Positions 1 through 11,909 are shown, counted from the stretch's first letter. The stretch: DNA of 64,000 bases from Spirochaetota bacterium (GCA_963664815.2 CAXXHB010000003.1:672001-736000), one strand, 5' to 3'. The notes: generated from the sequence alone by a model not told the origin. Translations and numbers: made by a program.

Positions 1-771
1 GCATATTCCCTTAACTTCTTCTGAAACCGGAACTGAATCTTCAATGATCCCTGCTGAAAAAGCTCTCCCCGTTGTAATCTCATTTAATACGGAGGCGAGT
101 CCACCACGAGTTGCGTCTCTCATGAACTTAATACTCTCCGGGTACTTTGTTGTTACAGATTCAATTAGCTTGTTCAGCGGAGCGCAGTCTGATTTAAGAT
201 TGCTTGAAAATCTCAGATCGTTACGCAGAGACATTATGGTTATTCCATGATCCCCGAGAGTACCGCTTACTATGATTTTGTCTCCCTTTTTTATTTCTCT
301 TCTCTGAGGGCTGTTTTTAAATATCCCTATACCGGAAGTATTTATATAGATTCTGTCACCTTTACCATTTGGAACAACTTTTGTGTCTCCGGTTACAATT
401 TTTACTCCGGCAGACTCAGCAGAGGTTTTCATTGAATAAAGAATTTTTTCGAATGAATCAAAATCAAATCCCTCTTCAAGTATAAGAGAACATGATAAAA
501 ATTCCGGTATAGCTCCCATTACTGCAAGATCGTTAACGGTACCGTTTACTGCAAGTTTACCTATGTCTCCTCCCGGGAAAAATATAGGAGTTACTGTATA
601 TGAATCAGTTGTGAATGCTATTTTACCGGAAGATATATCAAGAACTGCGGAATCATCTATCTGTATTGATTCTTTACCAAGAATCTCTTTTATCATACCG
701 GAGATCATATCATTCATCAGTTTTCCGCCGCTTCCATGCCCCGGAAGAATTTTCTTTGTCGTCTTCTCCAT
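1..771 (-). CDS. hypE: Hydrogenase maturation protein HypE (3' end runs off the window)
   Basis: Not in the ORF track. Manual minus-strand translation from ATG at 771 gives MEKTTKKILPGHGSGGKLMNDMI..., later FTTDSYTVTPIFFPGGDIGKLAVNGTVNDLAV. The start overlaps the hypD stop. Confidence 0.93.
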   Translation of the reverse strand, partial: MEKTTKKILPGHGSGGKLMNDMISGMIKEILGKESIQIDDSAVLDISSGKIAFTTDSYTVTPIFFPGGDIGKLAVNGTVNDLAVMGAIPEFLSCSLILEEGFDFDSFEKILYSMKTSAESAGVKIVTGDTKVVPNGKGDRIYINTSGIGIFKNSPQRREIKKGDKIIVSGTLGDHGITIMSLRNDLRFSSNLKSDCAPLNKLIESVTTKYPESIKFMRDATRGGLASVLNEITTGRAFSAGIIEDSVPVSEEVKGIC

Positions 772-1838
772 TATTTCCTCCAGTATTTGTAGTAAGCAGA
801 GCATGGCCCTTCGCTTGAGACCATGCATGGCCCGATGGCATTTTCAGGAGAGCAAACTTTATCAAAAAGAGGACATTGCGGAGGAATAATGACTCCCCGA
901 AGAAGATCACCACATCTGCACCCTGCGTGTTCTTTAACCGGGGGAGGGGTAGCCGGAAATTTCTTTTTCGCGTCATATATGCTGTATTTCTCTTTTATCT
1001 TCAGACCGCTTCCCGGTATTTCACCAAGCCCCCTCCATACCTCGGAGCATCTTTCAAAAACAGTATCAAGTATTTTTATCGCATTGGGGTTTCCTTTATC
1101 TTTAACAACTGTTTTGTACTCATTGGTGATTTTTATCTCTTTTTTTTCAAGAAGATCAATAAGAGCCAATACTCCGATTATCAGATCATGCGCTTCAAAC
1201 CCTGCTACAACTCCCGGTTTGTTATATTTTTCCGCTATAAAGTTCCACGGTTCCTTACCAATAACGGCGCTGACGTGGCCGGGAATAATAAATCCGTCAA
1301 TCTGTACTTCGTCCGCACTGAGCAGCGCATCAATTGCCGGAGGGGTAAGCTTGTTTCCGGAAAGTATTGAAAAGTTATTAATACCCTTTTTTTCAGCTTC
1401 CATTATAATAATTGCTTCAGATGGAGCTGTGGTTTCAAAACCTACACTGAGGAAAATTACCTCTCTGCCCGGATTTTCTTCGGCAATTCTGAGAGCATCC
1501 AGCGGAGAGTAAACAATGCGTATATCCATACCTTCCGCTTTTTCCTTCGCGAGAGAACTGTATGACGAAGGAACTTTGATCATATCGCCAAATGTCGCAA
1601 GTATGACATCATATTTTTTTGCAATTTCGATTATAAGATCAAGATACGAGTTTGGGGTAACGCATACCGGGCAACCTGGTCCGTCTATCAGAGTAAGTTT
1701 TTCAGGGAACAGATCTTTTACCCCCGTCTTAAAAAACTCGGCTGTATGTGTGCCGCATACTTCCATTATTCTGATCTCTTCAGAGAGCTTTTTGTCTTTA
1801 AGCACCCCTGCAAGTTTTTTTACAAGTTCTTTGTTCAT
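771..1838 (-). CDS. hypD: Hydrogenase maturation protein HypD
   Basis: MEVCGTH, GPGCPVC, GFETT, PGHVS motifs and C-terminal Cys cluster (CRCG...C...C...GPCMVSSEGPC). Confidence 0.97.
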   Translation of the reverse strand: MNKELVKKLAGVLKDKKLSEEIRIMEVCGTHTAEFFKTGVKDLFPEKLTLIDGPGCPVCVTPNSYLDLIIEIAKKYDVILATFGDMIKVPSSYSSLAKEKAEGMDIRIVYSPLDALRIAEENPGREVIFLSVGFETTAPSEAIIIMEAEKKGINNFSILSGNKLTPPAIDALLSADEVQIDGFIIPGHVSAVIGKEPWNFIAEKYNKPGVVAGFEAHDLIIGVLALIDLLEKKEIKITNEYKTVVKDKGNPNAIKILDTVFERCSEVWRGLGEIPGSGLKIKEKYSIYDAKKKFPATPPPVKEHAGCRCGDLLRGVIIPPQCPLFDKVCSPENAIGPCMVSSEGPCSAYYKYWRK

Positions 1839-1983
1839 TAAATATTATCCCTGGAATCTGTTGATTTGTTTTACCTTCAGAAAAGATGTTGATTTTAAAC
1901 ATATTGCTATAGATGCTGTCAACAAATAATACCTGCAAGTTTAATGTCAATTATATATAATTTCTCCGGGGGACTCTAATATA

Positions 1984-4701
1984 ATGGTCTTTGACTTTCG
2001 AATTAATAGTGATAAAATCAGTAATTTTTTTGCCGTTGTAATTTTTCCTTTCTGCATAATAACACTTGAAACAGTGCTTTTTCATCTCCTGATGATTGTG
2101 TCAAACTATCTTCAGGCAACTACAATTATATCTATAGCGATGTTCGGAATTGCCATTGGGGGTCTGGTCAGCTTTTATCTGCTTAGGTTTAATAAAACTC
2201 TGATTTTATCTTTATCATCAGTTATATTTTTTCTTTCAATAGGGTTAGCATATTACGGTATAGTCCGCCTGGATAATTTCAGTTTCCCATATTTCCTTAT
2301 TCTCCCGTTTTTTTCAGGATCAATAATCGTTTCATCAATCTTTTCCAGGGCGAATTCGCATAAGATTTATTTTGTTGATCTTACTGCATCGGCGTTAGGA
2401 GTTGTTTTCCCGATTATTGCTGTTGCCCTGTTCAAATCAGAGAATACTCTTCTGATGCTTTCAACTCTTCCGGTTGTTTTTTTAATAATACTTTTTTTTA
2501 CAATTAAGAATCTTTTTATAAGAATTCCACTGCAGTTAGTTTCAGCAGCTCTCATTGTGTGTATATGCTTTTTCATACATATGAATATAGCAATACCGCG
2601 TGTTATAGGAAAAGAAGACTATAATCAGAAAATTCTGCCATACCTAAACATACCCCTCGAACAGAAAATACTGAAAGATGTTTACAGGGAGGAGTCTGCA
2701 ACAGGAAAGTATATTCTAAAGACAGATGATCCATACAAGGAACTTATGGCGAGAAATATAATAAACAGAACAAAGTATTATCCATTCGTAATGGATCTCT
2801 CCTGTAATTATAAGCCCTCACTTTCTGCAGAAAAGAATCTTAAAATATACACAAAAAAACTCGGTCAATATACATTCCTTTTTTCTGAGGATAACCTCAT
2901 GGGGAGAGTGGAGTATATCACCAGGACCAATGAGGAGTTTTTTTATATAAACAACGGAGCCTTTTACGACAGGGTGGCGTATGGAGACCGTGGTTCGGAG
3001 TGGGATATAAGGTTTCCGAATTACATGGTAAACACTAACGCTTTTATTATGGGGGCTTCGGCAGATGGTATAGTTAAGTCACTTAAACAACTTCCCGGTA
3101 AAACGAAGATTACAGGTGTAGAGTTTAATCCGATAATATATAAGACGATGATGTCAGGTTATTATTTTTACAAGTCGGAAAAGGCATACGAAAATACAAA
3201 TATTTACAAGACGGAGGGCCGTGCCTATCTCAGATCTACCAGCGAAAAGTTTGACATGATAACCCATATGAACAATCATGCCGAACATGGAGCAGTCTGC
3301 ACTCTGGCTCCAGAATATCTTCATTCAGTTGAGGGCATTAAGGAGATGCTTGATAAACTTACTGACAGGGGGCTGCTGATTTATGAGGAGATCCTCTGGA
3401 GCAAAAGGTCCGAGTGGTCATTCTATAAATTCATGAACACGGTTGTTACATCTCTCCGGGAATCGGGTATTCAGAACCCGCAGGAGCACATACTGGTTTA
3501 CGAATGGGATTACTGGAATTATCAGGATCCGGGAGTAAGATCTATAGTGATTAAAAAAACACCCTTTAATGATTTTGAAAAGGGTAAGCTGATGGAAAAC
3601 CTTCAGCATTATATTGCCAACCAGCCGTCGCCTCTCCCTTCGGAAAGACATATTCTTGCATTCCCCGGAAGAACAATTACCGGAATATTAGGGAATATAA
3701 TATCCGGGAAAACCGTCAACGATCCCGTACAGCTCCCCGATTACTACTGGGAGGATGATTTTGAAAAAGACATTTTAAACCATATTGAGAATGAGAACGA
3801 CAGGGTATTCATCAATTCTCTATACAAACATTATCCGAAGATGGAGATTGAAAAAGGATTCGATTTTGTTAGTACTGTGTGGAACTATCAGCAGGGGAGG
3901 TATGTGCTGAATAAAGGTATAAATGAATCCGACAGGTCAAGATATCTCTCGCTTCTGGATAAAACTGATTATTCATACAGAATGGATATAACTCCTGTAA
4001 GAGATAATATGCCGTTTCCTTATAATGTTTATAAAGAAAAAAAAGAAGTTCTCAATATATTAAAAATAGTAAGTCTTCTATCGTTGCTGATTTTCATCCC
4101 GGTTATAATTCTGGTAATAAAAAAATATTCATCACATAAACTCATCCTTCTTGAGCATTCCCTTTTTTTTATTGCTGTTGGTTTCGGTTTTATGCTTGTA
4201 GAAATTGTTCTGATGCAGTTCTTTCAGCGTTTTATAGGGATCCCGGTTTATTCGGTAATTATAACTCTCGGTGCGCTTCTGTTTTTCAGCGGTGCAGGCA
4301 GCCTTCTCAGTTCAAACTGGGAAAAGAAATATATTATTACTGTTGTTTTTTCAATTCCTGTAATGATTTTTCTTTACCATCACTTTCTTGATGGCATTTT
4401 TAACTATTTTGCCGCATCGTCTTTTAATATAAGGATGGGGGCCAGCGTTGCGCTGATGGTTCCATTGTCGTTGATGATGGGTATCCCTTTCCCCAAGGCT
4501 ATGGAGAAAATAAAAAAGGAAATTTCCGGTGAATATGCTACACTTATGTACGCTATAAGTGGAGCTGCCGGTACAATTGCATCAACACTGGCACTTTACA
4601 TGAATGTTTCATACGGTTTTTCATTTACGTTTATTGTTGGTATGTGTGCGTACTTTGCAGGAGCAATGCTGCTGCTTTTTATATTAAGAGGGGAGAAATA
4701 A
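1984..4701 (+). CDS. Polytopic membrane protein with central spermidine-synthase-like/SAM-dependent methyltransferase domain
   Basis: N- and C-terminal TM bundles ([12 protein letters not shown]; [13 protein letters not shown]...GIPFP) around a Rossmann-like core ([27 protein letters not shown]). Confidence 0.7.
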   Translation: MVFDFRINSDKISNFFAVVIFPFCIITLETVLFHLLMIVSNYLQATTIISIAMFGIAIGGLVSFYLLRFNKTLILSLSSVIFFLSIGLAYYGIVRLDNFSFPYFLILPFFSGSIIVSSIFSRANSHKIYFVDLTASALGVVFPIIAVALFKSENTLLMLSTLPVVFLIILFFTIKNLFIRIPLQLVSAALIVCICFFIHMNIAIPRVIGKEDYNQKILPYLNIPLEQKILKDVYREESATGKYILKTDDPYKELMARNIINRTKYYPFVMDLSCNYKPSLSAEKNLKIYTKKLGQYTFLFSEDNLMGRVEYITRTNEEFFYINNGAFYDRVAYGDRGSEWDIRFPNYMVNTNAFIMGASADGIVKSLKQLPGKTKITGVEFNPIIYKTMMSGYYFYKSEKAYENTNIYKTEGRAYLRSTSEKFDMITHMNNHAEHGAVCTLAPEYLHSVEGIKEMLDKLTDRGLLIYEEILWSKRSEWSFYKFMNTVVTSLRESGIQNPQEHILVYEWDYWNYQDPGVRSIVIKKTPFNDFEKGKLMENLQHYIANQPSPLPSERHILAFPGRTITGILGNIISGKTVNDPVQLPDYYWEDDFEKDILNHIENENDRVFINSLYKHYPKMEIEKGFDFVSTVWNYQQGRYVLNKGINESDRSRYLSLLDKTDYSYRMDITPVRDNMPFPYNVYKEKKEVLNILKIVSLLSLLIFIPVIILVIKKYSSHKLILLEHSLFFIAVGFGFMLVEIVLMQFFQRFIGIPVYSVIITLGALLFFSGAGSLLSSNWEKKYIITVVFSIPVMIFLYHHFLDGIFNYFAASSFNIRMGASVALMVPLSLMMGIPFPKAMEKIKKEISGEYATLMYAISGAAGTIASTLALYMNVSYGFSFTFIVGMCAYFAGAMLLLFILRGEK

Positions 4702-4724
4702 TTAATTTAAAAGGAGAGTATAAC

Positions 4725-6410
4725 ATGAAAGGGAAAAAAACAGTAAAAAGTGATATAGAGATAGCACATGAGGCTAAAATGTTCCACATTAAGGATGTGG
4801 CATCTCAGCTTGGGCTTTCTGAAGATGATATTGAATATTATGGAAAATATAAAGCGAAGATAGATCTCAATGTACTTAAAAACCGTCCTTTAAAAGGAAA
4901 GCTCATTCTTGTTACCGCAATTACACCTACACCGGCTGGAGAAGGCAAGTCAACAACAACAATTGGTCTTGCGCAGGCAATGAATAAAATAGGAAAACAG
5001 TGTACAATAGCGCTTAGAGAACCATCGCTGGGCCCATGTTTCGGAGTAAAAGGCGGGGCAGCGGGTGGTGGTCACTCTCAGGTTGTACCGATGGAGGATA
5101 TTAATCTCCATTTTACCGGCGACATTCATGCAATTGGAGCCGCTCATAACCTTCTTGCTGCAATGATTGACAATCATATAAAACATGGAAATGAACTGGA
5201 TATAGATCAGACAAAAATTTACTGGAAGCGTGTTGTCGATATAAATGACAGGGCATTGAGGAATATGGTTATAGGCCTCGGCGGAAACATGCATGGTATA
5301 CCAAGAGAATCCGGTTTTATGATTACTGTAGCATCAGAGGTTATGGCAATACTTTGCCTTTCAGACAGTATCCCCGATCTCAAGAAACGTCTTGCAAAAA
5401 TCGTAATCGGAGAGAACCGGAGCGGTGAACCGGTAACTGTTGCAGATCTTAAAGGACAGGGGTCAATGGCTGCGTTGCTAAAAGATGCGTTAAAACCGAA
5501 TCTGGTGCAGACTCTTGAGAATACTCCTGCTATAATCCATGGTGGTCCTTTTGCCAATATAGCCCACGGATGTAATTCGGTTCTGGCTACAAAAATGGCA
5601 ATGGCTTTGTCAGATTATGTAGTCACTGAAGCAGGTTTCGGCGCAGATCTTGGTGCGGAGAAGTTTCTGGATATTAAATGCAGGTACGCAGGGATAAAAC
5701 CTGATTGTGTTGTTCTGGTAGCAACTGCGCGTGCGCTGAAGATGCATGGTGGTGTTGCGAAACCATATCTTAAAGCAGAAAATGTCGGTGCGATTAAAAC
5801 AGGTCTTGCCAATCTGCAGAAGCATATTGAGAATATAAAGAAGTTCGGCCTCCCTGTTGTTGTAGCACTGAACAGCTTCCATGATGATACAGAGGAAGAG
5901 ATTAAGACAATTGAAAATTTCTGCAGAGACATGAAGGTTGCATATTCACTCTCTGAGGTGTGGGAGAATGGAGGAGAAGGGGGAATTGACCTTGCACAGA
6001 AAGTTGTAGAAATTATTGATAACAGCGATAATTCTCATTTCAGGTTTCTCTATGATACAGATATGTCTGTAAGGGCTAAAATTGCGGCGCTTGCTGTGGA
6101 AATTTATGGTGCAGACGGAGTGCTCTATTCAAAAAATGCGGCAAGAAGAATTGATTATCTCGAAGAGAAAGGTTATGGTAATCTTCCGATATGTGTGGCA
6201 AAAACACAATACTCATTATCTGATGATCAGACTTTGATGAACAGGCCTTCAGGGTTTAAAATTTCAGTTGGAGATGTAACGCTTTCTGCGGGAGCCGGAT
6301 TTCTTGTTGTTCATACCGGGGAGATAATGATAATGCCAGGGTTGCCGAAAAAACCGGCAGCGCTGGATATAGATGTGACTGATGAAGGAGTGATTACAGG
6401 ATTGTTTTAA
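4725..6410 (+). CDS. fhs: Formate--tetrahydrofolate ligase
   Basis: [42 protein letters not shown] and AKTQYS motifs. Start reassigned to ATG 4725 after an AAGGAG RBS. Confidence 0.97.
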   Translation: MKGKKTVKSDIEIAHEAKMFHIKDVASQLGLSEDDIEYYGKYKAKIDLNVLKNRPLKGKLILVTAITPTPAGEGKSTTTIGLAQAMNKIGKQCTIALREPSLGPCFGVKGGAAGGGHSQVVPMEDINLHFTGDIHAIGAAHNLLAAMIDNHIKHGNELDIDQTKIYWKRVVDINDRALRNMVIGLGGNMHGIPRESGFMITVASEVMAILCLSDSIPDLKKRLAKIVIGENRSGEPVTVADLKGQGSMAALLKDALKPNLVQTLENTPAIIHGGPFANIAHGCNSVLATKMAMALSDYVVTEAGFGADLGAEKFLDIKCRYAGIKPDCVVLVATARALKMHGGVAKPYLKAENVGAIKTGLANLQKHIENIKKFGLPVVVALNSFHDDTEEEIKTIENFCRDMKVAYSLSEVWENGGEGGIDLAQKVVEIIDNSDNSHFRFLYDTDMSVRAKIAALAVEIYGADGVLYSKNAARRIDYLEEKGYGNLPICVAKTQYSLSDDQTLMNRPSGFKISVGDVTLSAGAGFLVVHTGEIMIMPGLPKKPAALDIDVTDEGVITGLF

Positions 6411-6544
6411 AATGTTTTGCATAACTGAGGGAGTAAATATTACTTTTCAGGCAAAGCTATTGTTCTATTAAAACAGATAATATTATACATCTTAAGTAGA
6501 AAAGAGTGTGAATTGTAAATGACGGAATATAAAGAAATTCGCTC

Positions 6545-6886
6545 ATGTTAAAAGAATATTATGTTTATATTATTGAATGCAGCAATGGAAGACTTTATAC
6601 CGGTTATACTGTTGATTTAGAAAAGCGTTTTAATGAACACCTTTCCGGACGACGAGGAGCAAAATTTACCAGGGCTTTCAAACCTCGTGAGATTTCAGCT
6701 TCGTGGAAAGTTTCAGGTGTAAGGGGAGATGCAATGCGGATTGAAGCATTTATTAAATCTCTTTCGAAAGCTGACAAGACAGCAATTGCGAGTGAACCTG
6801 AATCATTGATTGAACGTATGAAATTGATGGAAAACATTAAATGTGAAATATCTGTTTTTAATTATAAAACTCCGGTTAAAATATAG
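6545..6886 (+). CDS. GIY-YIG nuclease family protein (UPF0213/YazA-like)
   Basis: YVYIIECSNGRLYTGYT...RFNEH...GAKFTR...E.FIK pattern. Confidence 0.88.
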   Translation: MLKEYYVYIIECSNGRLYTGYTVDLEKRFNEHLSGRRGAKFTRAFKPREISASWKVSGVRGDAMRIEAFIKSLSKADKTAIASEPESLIERMKLMENIKCEISVFNYKTPVKI

Positions 6887-6910
6887 AACCGTGGATAGTG
6901 GGATAATAAA

Positions 6911-7792
6911 ATGGCTGAGATAATTGACGGGAAAAGCGTTAGCAGTGAAATAAGGGAAAAGATAAAGCTGAATGTAGAGAGTCTGAAAAAAAAATATAAA
7001 TCTGTGCCCGGACTTGCAGTTGTACTTGTGGGAGATGATGCACCCTCTGCTGTTTATGTAAGGATGAAGGGTAAAGCCTGTGAAGAGGCTGGAATCCGTT
7101 CATTCCAGCATATACTTCCCGGGAGTACTTACAGAGATGAACTTTTATCGTTAATAGATAAACTCAATCATGACAGAGATGTAAGCGGAATTCTTATACA
7201 GCTTCCTCTTCCCGGGCATATACATGAAAATGATGTAATAAGTGCCATAATTCCGGAAAAGGATGTTGATGGTTTTCATCCGGTAAATACGGGGAAGATG
7301 GTTGCCGATCAGGACTGTTTCTATCCATGCACACCGTTGGGAATTCAGGAACTCATATACAGGTATGTAAAGGATCTCAAAGGTAAGCATTGTGTTGTGA
7401 TAGGGAGAAGCAATATTGTGGGCAAACCAGTAGCAAATATGATGCTTCAGAAGAATGACAGGGCGAATTGTGTTGTGACAGTATGCCATACTGCAGCTCC
7501 TGATATCAGCGTTTATACAAAACAGGCTGATATACTGGTTGTAGCTGCCGGAAAAGCCAATACCTTAACCGGGGATATGGTTAAAGAAGGGGTTATAGTG
7601 ATAGATGTAGGTGTAAACCGGATACCGGATCCTGCAGACAGTACAAAAACAAAAATTGTCGGAGATGTTGATTTTAAAAGTGTGGAACCGAAGGCATCTG
7701 CCATTACGCCTGTACCGGGAGGAGTAGGGCCTATGACTATAGCGATGCTAATGTTTAACACGGTAAAGGCGTTTGAGATCCAGAACAGGTGA
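6911..7792 (+). CDS. folD: Bifunctional methylenetetrahydrofolate dehydrogenase/cyclohydrolase
   Basis: YVRMKGK, KDVDGFHP, PCTP, GRSNIVGKP and TPVPGGVGPMT motifs. Confidence 0.97.
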   Translation: MAEIIDGKSVSSEIREKIKLNVESLKKKYKSVPGLAVVLVGDDAPSAVYVRMKGKACEEAGIRSFQHILPGSTYRDELLSLIDKLNHDRDVSGILIQLPLPGHIHENDVISAIIPEKDVDGFHPVNTGKMVADQDCFYPCTPLGIQELIYRYVKDLKGKHCVVIGRSNIVGKPVANMMLQKNDRANCVVTVCHTAAPDISVYTKQADILVVAAGKANTLTGDMVKEGVIVIDVGVNRIPDPADSTKTKIVGDVDFKSVEPKASAITPVPGGVGPMTIAMLMFNTVKAFEIQNR

Positions 7793-7810
7793 AATATCGC
7801 ATAAATATTC

Positions 7811-7848
7811 TAAATAAAAAAGCTGCCGTAAGGCAGCTTTTTTATTTA
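7811..7848. terminator. Bidirectional intrinsic terminator between convergent folD and qrcD
   Basis: Perfect inverted repeat TAAATAAAAAAGCTGCC-GTAA-GGCAGCTTTTTTATTTA with A/T tracts on both sides. Confidence 0.9.
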
Positions 7849-7850
7849 TC

Positions 7851-9107
7851 TTAGTGGTGAGCTTCATGCTCATCGTGATGCTCAAGATGAGGGAAAAGCG
7901 GGAACCATTTTACGAATGCCATGTATATAAGGATCATAACAGAAAAACAACCGAGTGTTATTGACCATTCCTGGATTGTTGGCATATAAGAGGTAAATCC
8001 TTTCCATGGGAAGTTAGGCGCTGCAAATCCGTGAAGAAGAACGCTTAATTTACTTATAACTATTGCTCCAACTGCACATGCAAGTCCAGTTACCATATAC
8101 TTCTCCTGTTCTCTGTACTTTTTAATGTTAAGGAGTACAATAGGTCCGGCAAACAGCAGAATTTCAAGAACAAGCATCCAGAGTCCATAATATCCGCCCC
8201 ACATATCTGAATAAGCTCTTCCGCCCATAGGAGCATAGACATAAACTGCCTTGAAAATGTCAAATATTCTGAAAATGAAGTAGAAAATAAATATTAAGCC
8301 GGAGATACGTGCTAACAGCTGAAATGTATCCATCGGTACATATTCTTTCTTCATTACTTTACCTGCAATGTAAGGCATAAGAGTCATAAATGATGTACCA
8401 CCTGCCATTGCGGCAACAATTGCCATAAAGAAGAAATGAGGAGAATACCATACAGTTTTTGCATAAAGAGCTCCCCACATACCGCCACCGAGAGATCCCT
8501 GGTGAAATAAAGAAAGGAAAGTTCCGCCGGCAGCCATTGTCCACATAAGTAAATGCATATAGTGAGCTATGGCCGCAACAACCTTATTTTTTATCAGTAC
8601 TTTGTGTTCCAGTATTACAGGTATGAGCTCTACAATAAGAATACAGAAGTAAAATGATAAACAGAAGAAAACTTCAGTGAGCATTGAGTGCGGGTAAACA
8701 CCTTTACCCCAGTTCGGGTATGCAAAACCGAACCAGCATCTCAGCGGCTGACCAAGGTCAAACAGCAGAAATACGAAGGTAAAGAGATAACACATGAATC
8801 CGATAAGAACTGTTGAGTTAATTATTGGTCTCAGTTTATCAACTCTGAGTATATACAGAATATAACCTGTGGTAAAAGCCCCGCCCCCGAGACCTACAAG
8901 ACCAAGGTCACCAATAATCCAGGCTCCCCATGTGAAGTTATTATCCATGTCTGTATAACCTAGTCCCCAGAACAGGATTTGTATAGCAAAAATTCCGAAA
9001 AGAACTGTAAGCCCTATGAGAACATAAAGAAATATCTTCATGTTCCTGGATGTCCCTTCGAAAATTCCATCATAACAAGCTTTGAAAATGTTTTTCGATT
9101 TTTCCAT
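7851..9107 (-). CDS. qrcD: Quinone reductase complex membrane subunit QrcD (NrfD/PsrC family)
   Basis: About 10 TM helices, WGAWIIGDL, DLGQPLR, HQGSLG motifs, His-rich tail. Last gene of a cytochrome c / molybdopterin-like / FeS / NrfD operon. Confidence 0.88.
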   Translation of the reverse strand: MEKSKNIFKACYDGIFEGTSRNMKIFLYVLIGLTVLFGIFAIQILFWGLGYTDMDNNFTWGAWIIGDLGLVGLGGGAFTTGYILYILRVDKLRPIINSTVLIGFMCYLFTFVFLLFDLGQPLRCWFGFAYPNWGKGVYPHSMLTEVFFCLSFYFCILIVELIPVILEHKVLIKNKVVAAIAHYMHLLMWTMAAGGTFLSLFHQGSLGGGMWGALYAKTVWYSPHFFFMAIVAAMAGGTSFMTLMPYIAGKVMKKEYVPMDTFQLLARISGLIFIFYFIFRIFDIFKAVYVYAPMGGRAYSDMWGGYYGLWMLVLEILLFAGPIVLLNIKKYREQEKYMVTGLACAVGAIVISKLSVLLHGFAAPNFPWKGFTSYMPTIQEWSITLGCFSVMILIYMAFVKWFPLFPHLEHHDEHEAHH

Positions 9108-9130
9108 TATAATCTCTCCATCTGCCTTAT

Positions 9131-9961
9131 TCAGGAGTTCTTTTTAAACCGCATCATGTCGCGGAGCCACTTCTGGCTTGTTAAATAATAAACTTTTGGA
9201 TTGGCAAACTGCTTTTTATCCATAAGTGCTTTTTTATGTACAGGGTCTTTCACGTCATCAATAACGTTATTAAGCCTCATCGCTCTGTCTGACTGTGTAA
9301 GCTTGTAAACTTCCGATTCATGATCGTTGAGATCTCCGAATACTATAGCGCCTGTGGGACAACCGCTTGCACATGCAGGAGTATAAAGCACGGCATTTAT
9401 ATCAAGGATGCCTTTCGCTACGGCTTTATCTCTTTCCCGTTTCCATATATGGCTGCAGAAAGTACATTTTACGATTGTACCTCTTGACGCAATTGATACT
9501 TCAGGATTAAGTGATTTTTTGAAGCTGCCTTCGTTTTCCGGTTTCCACCAGTTGAATGCCCTTGCTTCATATGGGCATGCTGTCTGGCAGTATCTGCATC
9601 CTATGCATCTTGACCATACCTGACTTACAACTCCGTCTTCCCCAACATCAGTCGCAACCGCAGGACAAACTGATACGCATGGAGGTTCAGCCTCATGCTT
9701 ACCTTGTTTATTACCTTCGCACTGCTGACACATCTTTGGAAGATATGCTGTTTTAACATCGGGGAATTTTGCGTCTCTATCATTCGTGACTTTCATAAGT
9801 TCAAGAAAAGCAACCCTTTTCGGTACATCTGAATCGTCCTCGAAAACAGGCATATTGTTTTCCTGGTTACAGGCGACTGAACACTTGCCGCAGCCGGTGC
9901 ATTTGTCTAGATCTATCGCCATTCCCCATTTTCTTTTCATTTTAACGTCTTTCTCTATCAT
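9131..9961 (-). CDS. qrcC: Quinone reductase complex iron-sulfur subunit QrcC
   Basis: WGMAIDLDKCTGCGKCSVAC, CQQC...PCVSVCP, CIGCRYCQTACPY, KCTFC...PACASGCP: four [4Fe-4S] motifs. Confidence 0.88.
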   Translation of the reverse strand: MIEKDVKMKRKWGMAIDLDKCTGCGKCSVACNQENNMPVFEDDSDVPKRVAFLELMKVTNDRDAKFPDVKTAYLPKMCQQCEGNKQGKHEAEPPCVSVCPAVATDVGEDGVVSQVWSRCIGCRYCQTACPYEARAFNWWKPENEGSFKKSLNPEVSIASRGTIVKCTFCSHIWKRERDKAVAKGILDINAVLYTPACASGCPTGAIVFGDLNDHESEVYKLTQSDRAMRLNNVIDDVKDPVHKKALMDKKQFANPKVYYLTSQKWLRDMMRFKKNS

Positions 9962-9971
9962 GACTTACCTC

Positions 9972-11909
9972 TTAGCTAATTTTAACACGTGTTGACCACC
10001 AGTCAGCTGTTCCTGTAAGAGGATCAACGTCAGCAGCCATAACTTTCTTGGGATTAACCCCTTTCTCGCTTCCGTACTTTGTGTACGATTCGTGGCCGAA
10101 ACCGAGCGGGATGGCAACTGTGTCAGGTGCAACAGTATCTGTTAAATGTACATAAACTTTACCGAGTTTCCCTCTTTCTGATTTAAGCACGATTGATTCA
10201 TCTTCAGAAAGGCCGTATTTTTTACCTGTTTCCCTGTTGATCTGTACAAGGAGCTTTTCTCTGTAAAAAACAGTGGGATCGATGCTTTTCAGTACATATG
10301 GGAAAGCAAGACCGTCGCCGTCTCCAATAAGTGGAGCTTCAACAGGTATCATGAAAAGAGGATATTCCGCATTAGCCGCAATTTTTTTATCAAGCGTATC
10401 TATTTCATTTTTGATCTTATCAAAATTGAATGAGAATTTAGCTCCGGATGCTGTTTCTTTACCTGATATCTTGAATGAATCAATTCCGCTTGTGAAAGTA
10501 AAAGTGTTTTTTGTCTTATCAACTGCTTTTGCCAGGGAAATGATTACATCTTTAGCATCTTTGGATTCTTTAAAGTTGGTTACTACAATTTTATTTTCCG
10601 GGGTTTCAGCTTCAAGAAATGAGAGAGATGGAAGTATATAGTCGGCATAATTTGCGGAATCATTCATTATAGGGTTGATTGAAACCACAAAAGCTTTTTC
10701 CATCTTCTTTTTCAAATCTTCACCGAGAACGCTTTTGTATACCGGATCGGAATTATTAAGAAAGAGCATGCTGAAATTTCCGCTCTTTATGAAACTGTCA
10801 AGGCCGGCAAATTCACTTTTATATGATACAGCATTGTTTGTAACAAGAGAAGCAGCTTTTGATTTAACAAGCGTATTGAGGCAGTAAACAGCTATAATTT
10901 CAGCTGATGATGCGCTTACTCCACAGGCGCCTTTACCTGCTACAGCAACCGGGTTCTTGGCTTTGCTGAAATCTTCCGCTATCTTCTTGATTGTTTCTTC
11001 TTTAACGCCTGTATATGTTGAAACCTTGGCAAGAGGGAATTTATTAATGATCAGTTGTGACCATTTTCCGAAATCCTCGCCTGCCGAGTTCATTCTTTTT
11101 CCGGTAATAAGATAATTTGCAATACCGAAAGCAAGAACCGCCTCTGTTCCGGGTTTTACAGGTATCCACTCGTCTGCGAGGGATGCTGTCATTGAACATA
11201 CTGTATCAGCCTGTACTATTTTTGTTCCGCGTTTTTTCCACCCGGTGAAATTTTTCTGCATATCAGCAGCTAAACCCCAGCCTTCAACAAGCCTGGCGCC
11301 GAAACTAAGTATGTGGTCTGTATTATCAAAATCATATTTTATGTATCCGCCAAGGGCAGATGATGTGAGAGATTTTAGTGAAGGTTCATAATAAACATTA
11401 TTGCTTCCGGCTGACCTGATGAATTTCTCCATTAATTGGCCGTTAAGCGATTCGTTTTTGTTTATTGCGGCAATTGAATTTGCTTTGCCTTCGGCAATAA
11501 GGGAGTTCATCTTTGTAGATATATCCTTGATCGCTTCTTCCCATGATACGGGCGTGAATTTACCATCTCCCTTGTCGCCTTTTCTCTTAAGAGGGGTTGA
11601 TATTCTTTCGGGATGGTAAGCCAATTGCAGCGCATTATGGCATGATGGGCATACACCTTCTTTTGATTCAATTTTCACAGCTCTTTCACCGATCATTCTA
11701 ACAGTTACTTTACATCCGTTAGGACATGAATCGTTTACCGCCTGAGCGTACTTCTCTAAACCTTTAACCGGTACATACTGGTCCTGTGTCCATTCAGCAA
11801 GCCACTGAAAACCCAGAAAAGGAGCACCGGAAAAAACCCAACCGGAGAGACCGCCGAGAATTGCGCCCCCCCCTAATTTTAAAAAGTCCTTTCGTTCTAT
11901 TTTTTTCAT
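9972..11909 (-). CDS. qrcB: Quinone reductase complex subunit QrcB (molybdopterin-oxidoreductase fold, probably cofactor-less)
   Basis: Tat-like ERKDFLK leader, WTQDQY segment, YHPERISTPLKR, SWEEAI, ADYILP and a C-terminal dinucleotide-binding-like domain. Shorter than catalytic family members. Confidence 0.85.
   Translation of the reverse strand: MKKIERKDFLKLGGGAILGGLSGWVFSGAPFLGFQWLAEWTQDQYVPVKGLEKYAQAVNDSCPNGCKVTVRMIGERAVKIESKEGVCPSCHNALQLAYHPERISTPLKRKGDKGDGKFTPVSWEEAIKDISTKMNSLIAEGKANSIAAINKNESLNGQLMEKFIRSAGSNNVYYEPSLKSLTSSALGGYIKYDFDNTDHILSFGARLVEGWGLAADMQKNFTGWKKRGTKIVQADTVCSMTASLADEWIPVKPGTEAVLAFGIANYLITGKRMNSAGEDFGKWSQLIINKFPLAKVSTYTGVKEETIKKIAEDFSKAKNPVAVAGKGACGVSASSAEIIAVYCLNTLVKSKAASLVTNNAVSYKSEFAGLDSFIKSGNFSMLFLNNSDPVYKSVLGEDLKKKMEKAFVVSINPIMNDSANYADYILPSLSFLEAETPENKIVVTNFKESKDAKDVIISLAKAVDKTKNTFTFTSGIDSFKISGKETASGAKFSFNFDKIKNEIDTLDKKIAANAEYPLFMIPVEAPLIGDGDGLAFPYVLKSIDPTVFYREKLLVQINRETGKKYGLSEDESIVLKSERGKLGKVYVHLTDTVAPDTVAIPLGFGHESYTKYGSEKGVNPKKVMAADVDPLTGTADWWSTRVKIS

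Noticed and set aside
44-1929. Plus-strand ORFs over hypE/hypD and similar antisense ORFs throughout the window
   Set aside because: They are shadows of well-supported genes on the opposite strand and have no motifs.
6545-6886. GIY-YIG gene as a homing endonuclease or mobile element
   Set aside because: Short UPF0213-type stand-alone domain with no flanking intron or repeats visible.
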